A stretch of 34,107 bases of DNA from a virus (lineage: Duplodnaviria; Caudoviricetes), in the IMG/VR virus record IMGVR_UViG_3300048849_000156, positions 1 to 34,107 of that record; one strand, written 5' to 3'. Under the pieces are notes generated by a model. The model made no database searches. It was not told the origin of the DNA and saw nothing but the letters and a program-made list of their open reading frames with translations. Each line of letters begins with the position of its first letter. Within the stretch, counting starts at the first letter, position 1. Position numbers and translations under genes: made by a program. Below, piece after piece: positions 18,088 to 27,630 of the stretch.

Positions 18088-21000
18088 CGACAGCACTTGT
18101 TCCCGTGCTTGGTATGCCTGGCCTCGATCCGTCGATCGCTCGTATCGAGGAGTTGTTTCCCGAAGGCAAGACCATCCTCGAAATCGTTTCGGACGTTCTG
18201 AAAACCCGCAAGATCAGCACGCTTGCCCGCACGCGGGTCGCGTTGGTGACGGTCGCCGGCGCGGTGATCGTGCCGCAGTCGAAGTGGGGAATTGTCAGGC
18301 CGAAAGCTGGCGTGCACGTCGTCATCCGTGTTGTGCCCGGAAAGGCGGTGCTCAAGTCGGTTCTGATGATTGTCGTCTCGATCGCGGCGGTTGCGCTCGG
18401 TCAGTTCTGGGGCGCTGCGCTTGCTGCATCCACAGGTCTTAGCGTGGGCGCTGCGCAGGGACTGATCGGTCTTGGTGTCACGCTTGCTGGAAACTTGCTG
18501 ATCAATGCGATCCTGCCGCCACCGAAAATGGAAAGCAATGAAAAGCGCGATACCTATACGATCTCGGGCTGGAAGAACCCTCTGACGCCAAATGGCGCAG
18601 TCCCTGATACGTTCGGTCGCATACGCCGTGCACCACCCTTTGCCGTCATGCCGTACACGGAGATCGTCGGCGACTGGCAGTACATTCGTGCAGCTTTCGT
18701 CTTCGGCTATGGCGACGTCGCCTTGAGTGATCATCGCATCGGCGATACCGATTTCGGCAAATACGACGAGATCGAGATCGAGGTTCGAGAGGGGCTTCCG
18801 GGTGATCTGCCTCTAACCTTGACGCCACAGCAAACGCTCGAAGAACAGGATGGCGCCGAACTGACGCGGCCGTATCCTCGCGACGACGAGGGGGAAAGGA
18901 TTGACAATGCACCGACAGAAGAGACGCCGGTAACGCGCTTCACAGCGTCGGACACCGCGACCATTTCCGTCATCATCGGGTTTCCTGCCGGTCTGTTCAA
19001 AATGAACGACGAGGGCAAGCGAAAATCTTTGATTGTCTCAATCCGCATTCGTCACCGCCTGGTCGGCACGACGGGCTGGACAGAGGTCGTGACCTTGGAC
19101 GTCAGAGCCTCCAATCAAGAGGGCTTCTATCGGCAGCATACGTGGAGTCCTGCGGCACGCGGCCGCTACGAGGTTGAACTCACGCGAATGACCGATGAAC
19201 GCACCTCCGCGCAGGCTTCCGATCGGACGGTGTTCGTTGCTATGCAGTCGATCCGGCCGGAGTATCCAATCAATATGGATAAACCGATGGCGCTGGTCGC
19301 TCTACGGATCAAGGCTACACATCAGCTCAATGGCGCCCTTGATAATTACAACGCCCTGGTCGCTCGCCGCTGCCTGGACTGGAGTAATGCGGCCAAAACC
19401 TGGGTGAACCGTGCGACGAGAAATCCGGCGGCTCTGTTTCGTTACGCACTTCAGTCTGCAGCAAATCCTTATCCAGTGAACGATACCGGCATTGACCTGG
19501 CGCAGCTCGCCGACTGGCATGACTTCTGCCGCATCAAGGGGCTTGAGTTCAATGAGGAGGTTCTCGACGGGCGATCTCTCGGTGATCAACTGGCGCGTAT
19601 CGCCGCCGCCGGCCGCGCATCTCCGAGACATGATGGCGTGAAATGGGGCGTCGTCATTGACCGCCCGCAGACCGTCGTCGTCGACCACATGAACCCGCGC
19701 AATTCGGTTCAGTTTCGGTGGTCTCGCGCTTACCTCAAAAATCCTGATGGCTTTCGGGTGTCGTTCCGAGATGAGACGAATGATTACAAGCCGACCGAGC
19801 GCGTTGTGCCTTGGCCTGGTCATGTCGGGGACATCAAGGTCACCGAAGAGATCGAAATGCCGGGAAAGACGAACCCGGATGAAATCTGGCGTGAGACGCG
19901 CCGGCGGATGCACGAGCTGACCCTGCGCCCCGATCAGTATTCCTGCATTCAGGACGGGGCTGCCCGCTCGGCGACACGTGGCGATCTCGTCATGGGGTCA
20001 TTCGATACGCTGGAGCGCACCCAGGTCTCCGCAATGGTTGCGGCGGTTCGCGATAGGTATGTCGTGCTCGATGATGAAGTCGAGATGGAGGCAGGTGAAA
20101 GCTATGCCGTCCGTTTCCGTACGGGGCTGACCGAAGAAGATACGATCGGGATTTCCGTGGTCCGTCCGGTGGTGACGATGGCGGGGGTTTGGAATTCCGT
20201 AACACTGCAGGAAGGCGGCGTGGCGCCAACCGTCGGCACGATCCTTCACTTCGGCAAACTTGCGACTGAAAGCCGTGCGATGATCGTCGCAGGTGTCGAG
20301 GCAGCTGAGAACTTCAGCGGGTACTATCACCTGCTCGATGCAGCGCCCGAAATTGATACTTTGACGGATGCGGAGATCCCGCCAGCGTGGAATGGCCGTA
20401 TCGGTGACGAGATAGATGCAGGGCTCGTCGCGCCGGCCGCACCGCGTGTCACCTCGATTCGGACCGGTTACAATGTCGACGATGGCGACACAAACTCGCT
20501 CGAAGTCCTCATGGCACCAGGTTTTGGCAATTCAGTGCCGCCGTCGATCTTCACGGTGTTCTATCGGAAGGGGACCACGGGGGCATATCTGCAAAAGTCG
20601 GTTCCTGCCGCGAACGGCGGTTTGAAGATCCCCGGCTATGCCCGCGGCGACACAATCCAGCTGTACGCCACCGCGACAAGTGCAGCAGGCGTGTCTTCCG
20701 CTGCGACGACCCCAGTGACCGTCATAATTGGTCAACGTGACACGGGCTTGCCGCTCGCACCGGTTGAGGCACGTGTGAACGTCTCCGGTACTATCGCGAC
20801 GCCCTCGATGCGAGCCGCCAACGATCCCAACACGGCTGCTGTGTTCTTCAAGCGCGGGACGCGAGCGCAGTCTTTCGAGGCAGCGTCTGTCATTGGTCAG
20901 GCGGCGTATCTGGCAACCGCCAACCAGGCAATCGCGCTCGAAGATCCGAGTGGGCCTGGTTACGGCAAGTACCGGTACTGGTTCGCGTCGCTGAATGACG

Positions 21001-21416
21001 CGGGAAATCTCTGCCTTAACCCGGTGTTCGTCGATGCTGACATCTATGGGCCTGACGTTGTTACAAACGGTGCCTTCGCATCGGATACGACATGGACGAA
21101 AACAGGTGGAACTACGATCGCTTCCGGCGTTGCAAGCCACGTGGCTGGCAGTGCAGGCGGCGTTTCCGAAGTCGTTTCGGTAACGCCTGGTCATGTCTAC
21201 GAAGTGAAGTTCGACGTCACTGCGCGCACCGCCGGCAATGTAAGTATGCGTCTCGTCGGCACGACCACGAATATCGGCGAAGCACGCAGCGCCGTAGGCA
21301 CTTATGTCGAGACCCTGACAGTTCCCGCTACGTCCGGCACCATATCGCTCGCGGCGCTATTCAGCGCTGACGCGGTCGCATCGATCGACAACGTCTCCAT
21401 GCGGAGGATCGGATGA
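18084..21416 (+). CDS. Tail tip / host specificity protein (TipJ-like) with gpI-like N-terminus, FN3-like region and C-terminal carbohydrate-binding-like domain
   Basis: 1110 aa; VP..FG, FGYG and TRNPA motifs. C-terminal V.NG.F..D..W...PG..Y...F...IDNVS. Confidence 0.9.
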   Translation: MTTALVPVLGMPGLDPSIARIEELFPEGKTILEIVSDVLKTRKISTLARTRVALVTVAGAVIVPQSKWGIVRPKAGVHVVIRVVPGKAVLKSVLMIVVSIAAVALGQFWGAALAASTGLSVGAAQGLIGLGVTLAGNLLINAILPPPKMESNEKRDTYTISGWKNPLTPNGAVPDTFGRIRRAPPFAVMPYTEIVGDWQYIRAAFVFGYGDVALSDHRIGDTDFGKYDEIEIEVREGLPGDLPLTLTPQQTLEEQDGAELTRPYPRDDEGERIDNAPTEETPVTRFTASDTATISVIIGFPAGLFKMNDEGKRKSLIVSIRIRHRLVGTTGWTEVVTLDVRASNQEGFYRQHTWSPAARGRYEVELTRMTDERTSAQASDRTVFVAMQSIRPEYPINMDKPMALVALRIKATHQLNGALDNYNALVARRCLDWSNAAKTWVNRATRNPAALFRYALQSAANPYPVNDTGIDLAQLADWHDFCRIKGLEFNEEVLDGRSLGDQLARIAAAGRASPRHDGVKWGVVIDRPQTVVVDHMNPRNSVQFRWSRAYLKNPDGFRVSFRDETNDYKPTERVVPWPGHVGDIKVTEEIEMPGKTNPDEIWRETRRRMHELTLRPDQYSCIQDGAARSATRGDLVMGSFDTLERTQVSAMVAAVRDRYVVLDDEVEMEAGESYAVRFRTGLTEEDTIGISVVRPVVTMAGVWNSVTLQEGGVAPTVGTILHFGKLATESRAMIVAGVEAAENFSGYYHLLDAAPEIDTLTDAEIPPAWNGRIGDEIDAGLVAPAAPRVTSIRTGYNVDDGDTNSLEVLMAPGFGNSVPPSIFTVFYRKGTTGAYLQKSVPAANGGLKIPGYARGDTIQLYATATSAAGVSSAATTPVTVIIGQRDTGLPLAPVEARVNVSGTIATPSMRAANDPNTAAVFFKRGTRAQSFEAASVIGQAAYLATANQAIALEDPSGPGYGKYRYWFASLNDAGNLCLNPVFVDADIYGPDVVTNGAFASDTTWTKTGGTTIASGVASHVAGSAGGVSEVVSVTPGHVYEVKFDVTARTAGNVSMRLVGTTTNIGEARSAVGTYVETLTVPATSGTISLAALFSADAVASIDNVSMRRIG

Positions 21417-21532
21417 CGGACACGCAAAAGGCGACGGTCGACGGCATCATCGTCGAAGGGACGGGCTTCGTGCCGCAAGCCGGCGGTTCCGTCAAAATTT
21501 ACTACGTCATCCCCGCAGTCGGGTTCGGCTAA
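21413..21532 (+). CDS. 39-aa small tail-module protein (MTDTQKATVDGIIVEGTGFVPQAGGSVKIYYVIPAVGFG)
   Basis: Below the track length cutoff. ATGA overlap with the TipJ stop and SD GGAGG. Confidence 0.6.
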   Translation: MTDTQKATVDGIIVEGTGFVPQAGGSVKIYYVIPAVGFG

Positions 21533-21616
21533 ATGCTCGTCATTCCACTGCGGCTTGTCGGCTATCGCCCAGCCGTACTGGCTTCGTAAAACACCCCTAA
21601 TTATTCGAGGTATTCC

Positions 21617-23353
21617 ATGGCTGACGGCGTCAAGCTGACGACGGTCGACGCTTCGTCTTTGTTCGACGAGGTGATCGCAACACGGGATGGGAGCGTTGTG
21701 CGCATTCCGTTCCTAGGTGCTGCGGCACAACTTGCAGGTACAGGCCCGGTTAAAGATCTTGTGGATCGCATCCGAGAAGCCCTGGAAGACGACATCGCCA
21801 ACCTTTCCGATCTCGTGGCAGGCGGCACGAAGCTAAACCTCGCTGATCCTGTCGCCTTCCAGTCTTCATCGCAGGGCGCATTGGCCACCGCCTTTGCAGC
21901 CGGGACTATCCATAACGGCCACACCGCTGTTCTGGGCGAACGTTTTTTCTTGAACGACAGAGGCCCCGAGACTGGCCTTTATAACGTCACGGCTGGCGCG
22001 CCGGTTCGAACGTCGGATGCCAACGAGGCATCGGAGCTACCGCTCCTGACTTTCCTCGATAACATGACCGGCAACTCCTACACCTGCATCACGCCTGCAC
22101 CGATCACGATCGGCACGACTATCCTGAAGTTTATTCAGTCTGGAAAAGGCGGGTCGCTCCTGCCTTCGCTCGCTGCCGGGCAGGCCGTGTCCGACCCGTC
22201 CAACGCTCGTTTTGCGCTCATCAACGCTGCCGGTGACGTCCTGCAACTGATCAGCTGGGCCGACCTTTTCGCAAAAATCAATGGGGAAGTCATGGGACCG
22301 CCAACATACGTCTGGCCTGCAAACAAGATCGTCAGGTCAACCTCCGTCGAAGTAATCCCTGCAGACGCAGGCCTGCAAGAATACGATATCATCAACTCGG
22401 GTGACGCCCCGGCTTACATCACAGAGGCTGGACTGCCGGCGACGATCGGCGGATTTGGCAGCATTCCAATCGCTGCCAAGGGCATATACACCACGGACAA
22501 AGCACTTGCTGGCCCGGTCAACGGGATCTCATCAGGCGAGACTTTGCTGACGGTGAAGTTCAGAACCAGAACGAATTACAACGTAGCGGCTCGCGCAGCA
22601 GCTCAAGCCTATACGGACAAGGTGAATGCCCTTAGCCCGCTCACGGCAGCGCAAGTCACGGTCTTGCAGGATTTCTATTCCGCCATTTACTCGTCGGGCG
22701 CTCTTGCCAGCCTGGGCGTTTTCTACAACTTCGTCGCGCCGGGTCTAGCCTCGTTTATCAACCTGTGCGATCTCGATGGCCAGCTTGCGGCGACAGTCGG
22801 TACGGTTACGCGTACCAACTGGCGATACCTCACTTTCGATGGGCTTAGCGGCTACCTGAACTCGCGGAGATACCTGTCCGAGTTTGCTCGTGATGGGGAT
22901 CACAGTCTTCTGGTCTACCCAGGCTCCAATATGGCCCAAGGCTCCAGCCGTGTGGCTGTCGGCGAAGCGGAGGTCACGCTCACGCCTGCTCGCACGACGA
23001 CGACCGTCGCGGGGCGATCGCTCGACACGGTCACCTACACGCCTACCGGTTTCACGGCTGGCGCGTCCCTTCTGTCCATGTCTCGTACAGCCCCGGACAA
23101 AGTGATTTTCCGACAGGGCCTTTCCACCAAGCTCGAAGTAGCCAGCGTTGCATCGCGCTTGCTCTCCAGTCGCAACCTGCTGATCGGCGCAAGAAACGTA
23201 GGTCCGACAGGTGGCAACCCCGAACCGAGCGCCGGCAGTTTCTTCACAGGCCCGATGATCGCCGTTGGCGCTGGCCGGGGCCTGACAGACGCAAGCCATG
23301 CAGCCTTCCAGAATGCTATCGCCAAACTGGCTCTCGACGCGGGGGTATTCTGA
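21617..23353 (+). CDS. Tail fibre / receptor-binding protein with C-terminal lectin-like (LamG-like) domain
   Basis: N-terminal anchor, fibre motif G....GER..L....GLY......R..DA, and FDG.SGYL...LLIGARN...F beta-sandwich. SD GAGG. Confidence 0.75.
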   Translation: MADGVKLTTVDASSLFDEVIATRDGSVVRIPFLGAAAQLAGTGPVKDLVDRIREALEDDIANLSDLVAGGTKLNLADPVAFQSSSQGALATAFAAGTIHNGHTAVLGERFFLNDRGPETGLYNVTAGAPVRTSDANEASELPLLTFLDNMTGNSYTCITPAPITIGTTILKFIQSGKGGSLLPSLAAGQAVSDPSNARFALINAAGDVLQLISWADLFAKINGEVMGPPTYVWPANKIVRSTSVEVIPADAGLQEYDIINSGDAPAYITEAGLPATIGGFGSIPIAAKGIYTTDKALAGPVNGISSGETLLTVKFRTRTNYNVAARAAAQAYTDKVNALSPLTAAQVTVLQDFYSAIYSSGALASLGVFYNFVAPGLASFINLCDLDGQLAATVGTVTRTNWRYLTFDGLSGYLNSRRYLSEFARDGDHSLLVYPGSNMAQGSSRVAVGEAEVTLTPARTTTTVAGRSLDTVTYTPTGFTAGASLLSMSRTAPDKVIFRQGLSTKLEVASVASRLLSSRNLLIGARNVGPTGGNPEPSAGSFFTGPMIAVGAGRGLTDASHAAFQNAIAKLALDAGVF

Positions 23354-24936
23354 TGGCGACTTATAACCACGACGCCGGCATTTTCGGCGCTGGCATCGGC
23401 GGGATCATGGGCGCGATCGAGTTGGCCAGGCGTGGCCTGTCGGTGGGCGTCCTTGAATGGTCACCGGCCCGAGGCGGCATGACGGAAGGCGGTCTTGGCG
23501 GGGCGATGGACTTTTACCGGGAGCCTACCCGGTCGGGCCTGACCAGGGAATGGTATGAGCGGGTCACCGCCAACTGGCTGGCAGAGAATAGCGATTGGGC
23601 CAGCCGCACCAACCCTGACGGCACGCCGTATTGGGATTGGAATGTTGCCGACTTCCTATCGAAAGGCCGGATGTACTACACGCCGGGGCAAGCTCGCGCT
23701 GCAACCGATGCGATGCTCGCTGGCCTGCCGATCACCATCATTCGCAACATCTGGATCAGCAAGGCGGAAGAGAAAAGCGACGGCCGAACCTACGTCACTC
23801 TGACGAACGGCGACGTCCATACAGCGTTCAACTGGCAGGATGCTTCCTACGAGCGCCACCTTTCCAAGGCCCTCGGGATCACCAGCGGCTACGGCCGAGA
23901 CGCAGTCTCGACCTATGACGAGAAGCATACGGCCGGCAGTCAGAACGGCTTGGTGACGAGCCGCAACAATCTGGACGCCAAGGGCAACCTGTACCCTCGC
24001 ATCAGCCAGATGCCAGCCTCGGTCCCGTTCGGCTCGGCCGACCAGATGCCGATGGGCTTCGTCTTCCGCATGACGATCTCGAAGCATCCGAACCGCCTGC
24101 CGTTCCCGAAGCCGTCGAAGTACCGGCGCAAAGACTTTGAGTGGTTCATCGATCGCTCGCAGACGATGAACAATTTCCAGAACATCTCCTCCTACAAGCG
24201 GATTGGCGAATATCTGTACGGCACCAACGGCCCGTCGCTGCACGGCCTTTCCTGGGGTTATGAACAGTGCAAGACCCGCGAAGAGGCGCTCGCCTTCTGG
24301 GAAAAGCATTTCTACATCCAGTCGGGCATGTACTGGACGGCGCAGAACGACCCGGCTTGCCCGGCCGCGCTGCGTGCCAGCGTTGCAGAGCACGGCCTGC
24401 CGCACGATCAGAACCAGGCGGTCGGCGACTATTACGGCACGCCTGGTTGGTCTAGCCAGCTTTACACCCGCGAGTCGGGCCACATGATCAACGACGACAT
24501 TCTGACCGAGAAACACGTCTTGAGCGTGACCGCGTCCATGGCGCTGCCAGACCCGCTGATGATGCACGGCTACGGCATGGACAGCCACATGATCCGCGAA
24601 TACCCGCTTCCATCGGGGCAGAGCCAGTATGACGGCTGGATCGACGTGGTCGGCGAAGGCCTCTATCAGGTTGGTTTGGCGAACGTCAAAACGCCGAGGG
24701 GCCAAGCAAAGAACCTGGTCCTGTCTTGGGGCTTTTCGCAGTCCCGGTCCGTCCTCACGTCCTCGCGTATCGAAACCGGTTATCAGATCCTCGGCGAAAT
24801 GTGTGGTCTGGTTCAGGCCATCGCGATCGAGCGAGGTATATCGATCGCCGACGTGGACTACAGCATGGTGAAACCCGAACTCACTGCACGCGGCGCCTAC
24901 CTGACAGGCCTGCGCACTGGAGGTGTAGACGAATGA
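23353..24936 (+). CDS. FAD-dependent oxidoreductase (FAD_oxidored / PF12831-like)
   Basis: GAGIGG..GA...AR.G..V..LE, GGM..GGLG, DASYE, PFPKP..Y, W..QLY.RE, Y.MDSH and R.E motifs. Confidence 0.88.
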   Translation: MATYNHDAGIFGAGIGGIMGAIELARRGLSVGVLEWSPARGGMTEGGLGGAMDFYREPTRSGLTREWYERVTANWLAENSDWASRTNPDGTPYWDWNVADFLSKGRMYYTPGQARAATDAMLAGLPITIIRNIWISKAEEKSDGRTYVTLTNGDVHTAFNWQDASYERHLSKALGITSGYGRDAVSTYDEKHTAGSQNGLVTSRNNLDAKGNLYPRISQMPASVPFGSADQMPMGFVFRMTISKHPNRLPFPKPSKYRRKDFEWFIDRSQTMNNFQNISSYKRIGEYLYGTNGPSLHGLSWGYEQCKTREEALAFWEKHFYIQSGMYWTAQNDPACPAALRASVAEHGLPHDQNQAVGDYYGTPGWSSQLYTRESGHMINDDILTEKHVLSVTASMALPDPLMMHGYGMDSHMIREYPLPSGQSQYDGWIDVVGEGLYQVGLANVKTPRGQAKNLVLSWGFSQSRSVLTSSRIETGYQILGEMCGLVQAIAIERGISIADVDYSMVKPELTARGAYLTGLRTGGVDE

Positions 24937-25502
24937 CGTCCTTTCTATCACCATTCTACTCGAACACCGGCGGCTCTGGCGCGGCGGAAAGCCATGTCAC
25001 GGGCAACGGCGTCATGGTCCACAATAAGGGCCATATGGTCGGCCGGCCGTTGATTGCCGGCGGTGGCATCGAGATCCGCAACAACGACGGTATCGATGGA
25101 GATCCTGCGATCGCGGCTGCTATCCAAGGCCAGCTTGCCTTCGTCAAGAGCGTGCCGTGCCATCTTGCTGGCGGGACGATGCTGCCCGTCTACAAAATGC
25201 CCGGGCTGTTGCACTACAGGATCACCCATATCCTGTTCACCAACCCGACGGGCACGCCTGTCGAGTTGCGGGCCGGGATCTATACCAAGCCTGCCAAGGG
25301 CGGGGTTGCGATCCTACCGGCTACGCAGGCCTATACCGGGCTGGTGGATGACATCTATTCCACACTCGAAATTCAGGTGGCCGCAGCCCTGCGCGAAAAG
25401 CGATCTGCGCCTTACCTCTGGTTTATTCCTGAGGTCGTGAACACCGCCGAGCTGTACGTGGACATTCACGTTCGGGGCGAAGTTCTGGAATGGGAAATCT
25501 GA
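24933..25502 (+). CDS. Hypothetical tail-module protein (short fibre-like N-terminus plus beta domain)
   Basis: Start moved to ATG 24933 (ATGA overlap, SD GGAGG). R.LIAG.GI.I.N.DG..GDP.I resembles a fibre segment. Confidence 0.7.
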   Translation: MTSFLSPFYSNTGGSGAAESHVTGNGVMVHNKGHMVGRPLIAGGGIEIRNNDGIDGDPAIAAAIQGQLAFVKSVPCHLAGGTMLPVYKMPGLLHYRITHILFTNPTGTPVELRAGIYTKPAKGGVAILPATQAYTGLVDDIYSTLEIQVAAALREKRSAPYLWFIPEVVNTAELYVDIHVRGEVLEWEI

Positions 25503-25530
25503 TGGCCTCAACCCACCGCGCACAGGAAAA

Positions 25531-25737
25531 ATGATCATGCCCATCGAACGCTATGCCATCATCGACGTATCAGCAGAGCCGCAAGCGGTTGTCGACATCA
25601 TCGACCTCATCGACAACCCCGGCGCCGACGATCACGAAAACCTCGTGGTCACCGAAGGCTTCCATGCAGTTCTTTCTTCCAATGCCCAACTCAGCTGGAT
25701 CTGGGACGGCGAAACCCTCAAAGAACCGCAGCCTTGA
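25531..25737 (+). CDS. Small acidic tail-fibre-associated protein
   Basis: RYAII...VV.II...W.WDG..L..P pattern; SD AGGA. Confidence 0.65.
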   Translation: MIMPIERYAIIDVSAEPQAVVDIIDLIDNPGADDHENLVVTEGFHAVLSSNAQLSWIWDGETLKEPQP

Positions 25738-25811
25738 AAGCGTTCATCACCTACTACGACGCCTCTATTACCGTCATGCGACCCGATGAGATGGGGAGAT
25801 GACTATGAGCA

Positions 25812-26065
25812 GCAGTGAGGCTCGGCGCTAACTGTAGGGAATTGGAGACCCAACGCCGAGCCTCTGCCACGATACCTATCAAGACCACCGTGACGACCCG
25901 ACGCTACTCGCCGGGAGCTTGATTCGCTAGTGTCCGGGAACACCGGGCGGCTGGAGCAGGGGTAATGCTCCAGCAACGGGGCTTGTTTCGAGCAAAGGAC
26001 CCGTCAGACAGCACGCAAAAATACCGTCACACCCGAACCCCTAGGGGCAGGCGTATGTGACCAGC
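25812..26065. ncRNA. Candidate structured RNA (four hairpins), strand uncertain
   Basis: Stems 25817-25827/25854-25864 (11 bp), 25950-25958/25966-25974 (9 bp), 25976-25980/26000-26004 and 26026-26031/26056-26061. Confidence 0.4.
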
Positions 26066-26115
26066 AACGCAATAAGAAAGCAAGCGCAAGTGGACGCTTT
26101 CGCCTGTAGCCTGGC

Positions 26116-26202
26116 TCACCAGTGGGAAAGAAAGTCAACTGCAACCACACTGATCAGAGCGAACGCTGCCAGGGTAGCGACTGTGGTGGAGAGGTGCTTC
26201 AT
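26116..26202 (-). CDS. 28-aa single-TM peptide (MKHLSTTVATLAAFALISVVAVDFLSHW)
   Basis: Not in the track. SD AAGGAGG 5 nt before the ATG; one hydrophobic helix. Confidence 0.65.
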   Translation of the reverse strand: MKHLSTTVATLAAFALISVVAVDFLSHW

Positions 26203-26223
26203 CGTGTCCTCCTTTGGATTCTA

Positions 26224-26248
26224 AAGGCTCTGCACGACTGCATGTTCC
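26224..26248 (-). promoter_or_regulatory. Candidate EcfG/RpoE2 promoter for the 28-aa peptide
   Basis: Minus strand GGAAC-N18-TT ending about 21 nt upstream of the ATG. Confidence 0.5.
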
Positions 26249-26332
26249 TGCCGTTGCGATGTCAGCGTTAAAACTTATGTAAAATGCCACCGCCACCGTT
26301 CTGAAACGTGGCAACCCCAAGGACAATTTGAC

Positions 26333-27064
26333 ATGAACTCGTCTCTGCAGAAAACGCAGAAGCGCTTGCTGATGCTTGGCTTCTCGCTACCGAAATACGG
26401 CGCCGATGGTGACTACGGCAAAGAGGCTGACGATGCGTTTAACACGGCGCTCGACCAGTTGGTCACGCTTCGCAGTCTGGTCGCATCGCCGCCAACCTCA
26501 CTGCCACCCCAGATGCCCTCGACGTCGATCGACATCAAAGACCGGGTCATCCCTGCAGCCTGGATGCCAGATGCCAAGATCACCGGCATCGTCTTCCACT
26601 GGACGGCCGGCCAGAACAAGGCGAGCGAACTCGACCGGTCGCACTACCATCTTCTGATCGAGGCCGACGGCAAGCACGTTCGCGGCATTCCAACGATCGA
26701 CCTGAACAGCCTGCCGAAGTCAAAGGTCGGCTACGCGGCTCACACGCTGAACTGCAACACGGGGTTCATCGGTGTGTCGCTCTGCGGCATGGCTGGAGCC
26801 ATCGAGAACCCTTTCAGCGCCGGCAAGCAGCCAATCACGCGCGTCCAGTGGGACGAACTCGCAAACGTCCTGGCGCAGCTCTGCAAGCGCTACGGCATCA
26901 AGGTCAGCCGCAAGACCGTCCTCAGCCATGCCGAAGTCCAGACGAACCTCGGCATCAAGCAGAAGGGCAAGTGGGACATCGCCCGCCTGCCGTTCGATAC
27001 CTCCATCCAAGGCGCGGCCGCGATCGGCGACCAGATGCGCGCCATGGTGAAAGCCGAACTCTAG
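26333..27064 (+). CDS. Endolysin: peptidoglycan-binding domain plus N-acetylmuramoyl-L-alanine amidase (Amidase_2-like)
   Basis: Q..L..LG....YGADGDYG, then IVFHWTAG, YH.LI..DG, AH....N...IGV and LSHAE. Confidence 0.92.
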   Translation: MNSSLQKTQKRLLMLGFSLPKYGADGDYGKEADDAFNTALDQLVTLRSLVASPPTSLPPQMPSTSIDIKDRVIPAAWMPDAKITGIVFHWTAGQNKASELDRSHYHLLIEADGKHVRGIPTIDLNSLPKSKVGYAAHTLNCNTGFIGVSLCGMAGAIENPFSAGKQPITRVQWDELANVLAQLCKRYGIKVSRKTVLSHAEVQTNLGIKQKGKWDIARLPFDTSIQGAAAIGDQMRAMVKAEL

Positions 27065-27097
27065 AACCTTCCCATTTCAACACGAGGAAACTTCCCC

Positions 27098-27625
27098 ATG
27101 ATCCGCATCGATATCATCGCTGCCCGCGTCTTCGCGCTGCTTACCATCCTGGTCGTGTTCGCAAGCTTGTTCCAGCCGGCATATGCGCAGGACGCGGCAC
27201 CCGTCATCGCCCCTTCCTCGATCTGGTTTGACCTCTGGTCGATCATCCAGCCGCTTGTCGTGCTGCTGTGCTCGATCGTCGGGCCGGTCCTGGTGACATG
27301 GATCTCGGCTCGTCTGATTTCACTTCTGAAGGTGGCCAACGAGAAACAGCAGCTGGATATTGAAACCAAGCTGCGTCAGGCGCTGCATGAATCTGCCGCA
27401 AACGCGTTGAAGTTCGCATTGGCGCGAGCTGGTGTTTCCGGTGGCGCTATCGCTCACGTGACCGCCGCGGCTATCACGAGTGGCGTGCTGCGCGAGGCCA
27501 CCAGATACGTCGAGGAAAAAAACCCTGAAGCTCTACAGAGGCTGGGCGTCGCACCTAACGCGCTGCAGGATATCATCATGTCGAAGGTTCCGGACATGAT
27601 AGCAGATCACCCGTCTCGGCCTTGA
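27098..27625 (+). CDS. Holin-like membrane protein
   Basis: Two hydrophobic segments, R.ALH.SA.NA and YV....PEAL motifs. Directly after the endolysin. Confidence 0.6.
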   Translation: MIRIDIIAARVFALLTILVVFASLFQPAYAQDAAPVIAPSSIWFDLWSIIQPLVVLLCSIVGPVLVTWISARLISLLKVANEKQQLDIETKLRQALHESAANALKFALARAGVSGGAIAHVTAAAITSGVLREATRYVEEKNPEALQRLGVAPNALQDIIMSKVPDMIADHPSRP

Positions 27626-27630
27626 TTGGG

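Noticed and set aside
24726-24932. Upstream extension of the 258-aa track ORF
   Set aside because: It lies inside the oxidoreductase gene; the coupled start at 24933 has SD GGAGG.
23656-24954. 432-aa minus-strand ORF
   Set aside because: Antisense shadow of the FAD oxidoreductase in GC-rich DNA; no motifs or RBS.
18084-25737. Diversity-generating retroelement or invertible tail fibre cassette
   Set aside because: No reverse transcriptase, invertase, template/variable repeat pair or inverted fibre copy was seen.
25805-25831. Micro-ORF MSSSEARR after GGGGAG
   Set aside because: Only 8 codons and inside a hairpin stem; no support for function.
26135-26326. 63-aa minus-strand track ORF
   Set aside because: No clear RBS; the overlapping 28-aa ORF in another frame has a strong SD and a coherent TM helix.
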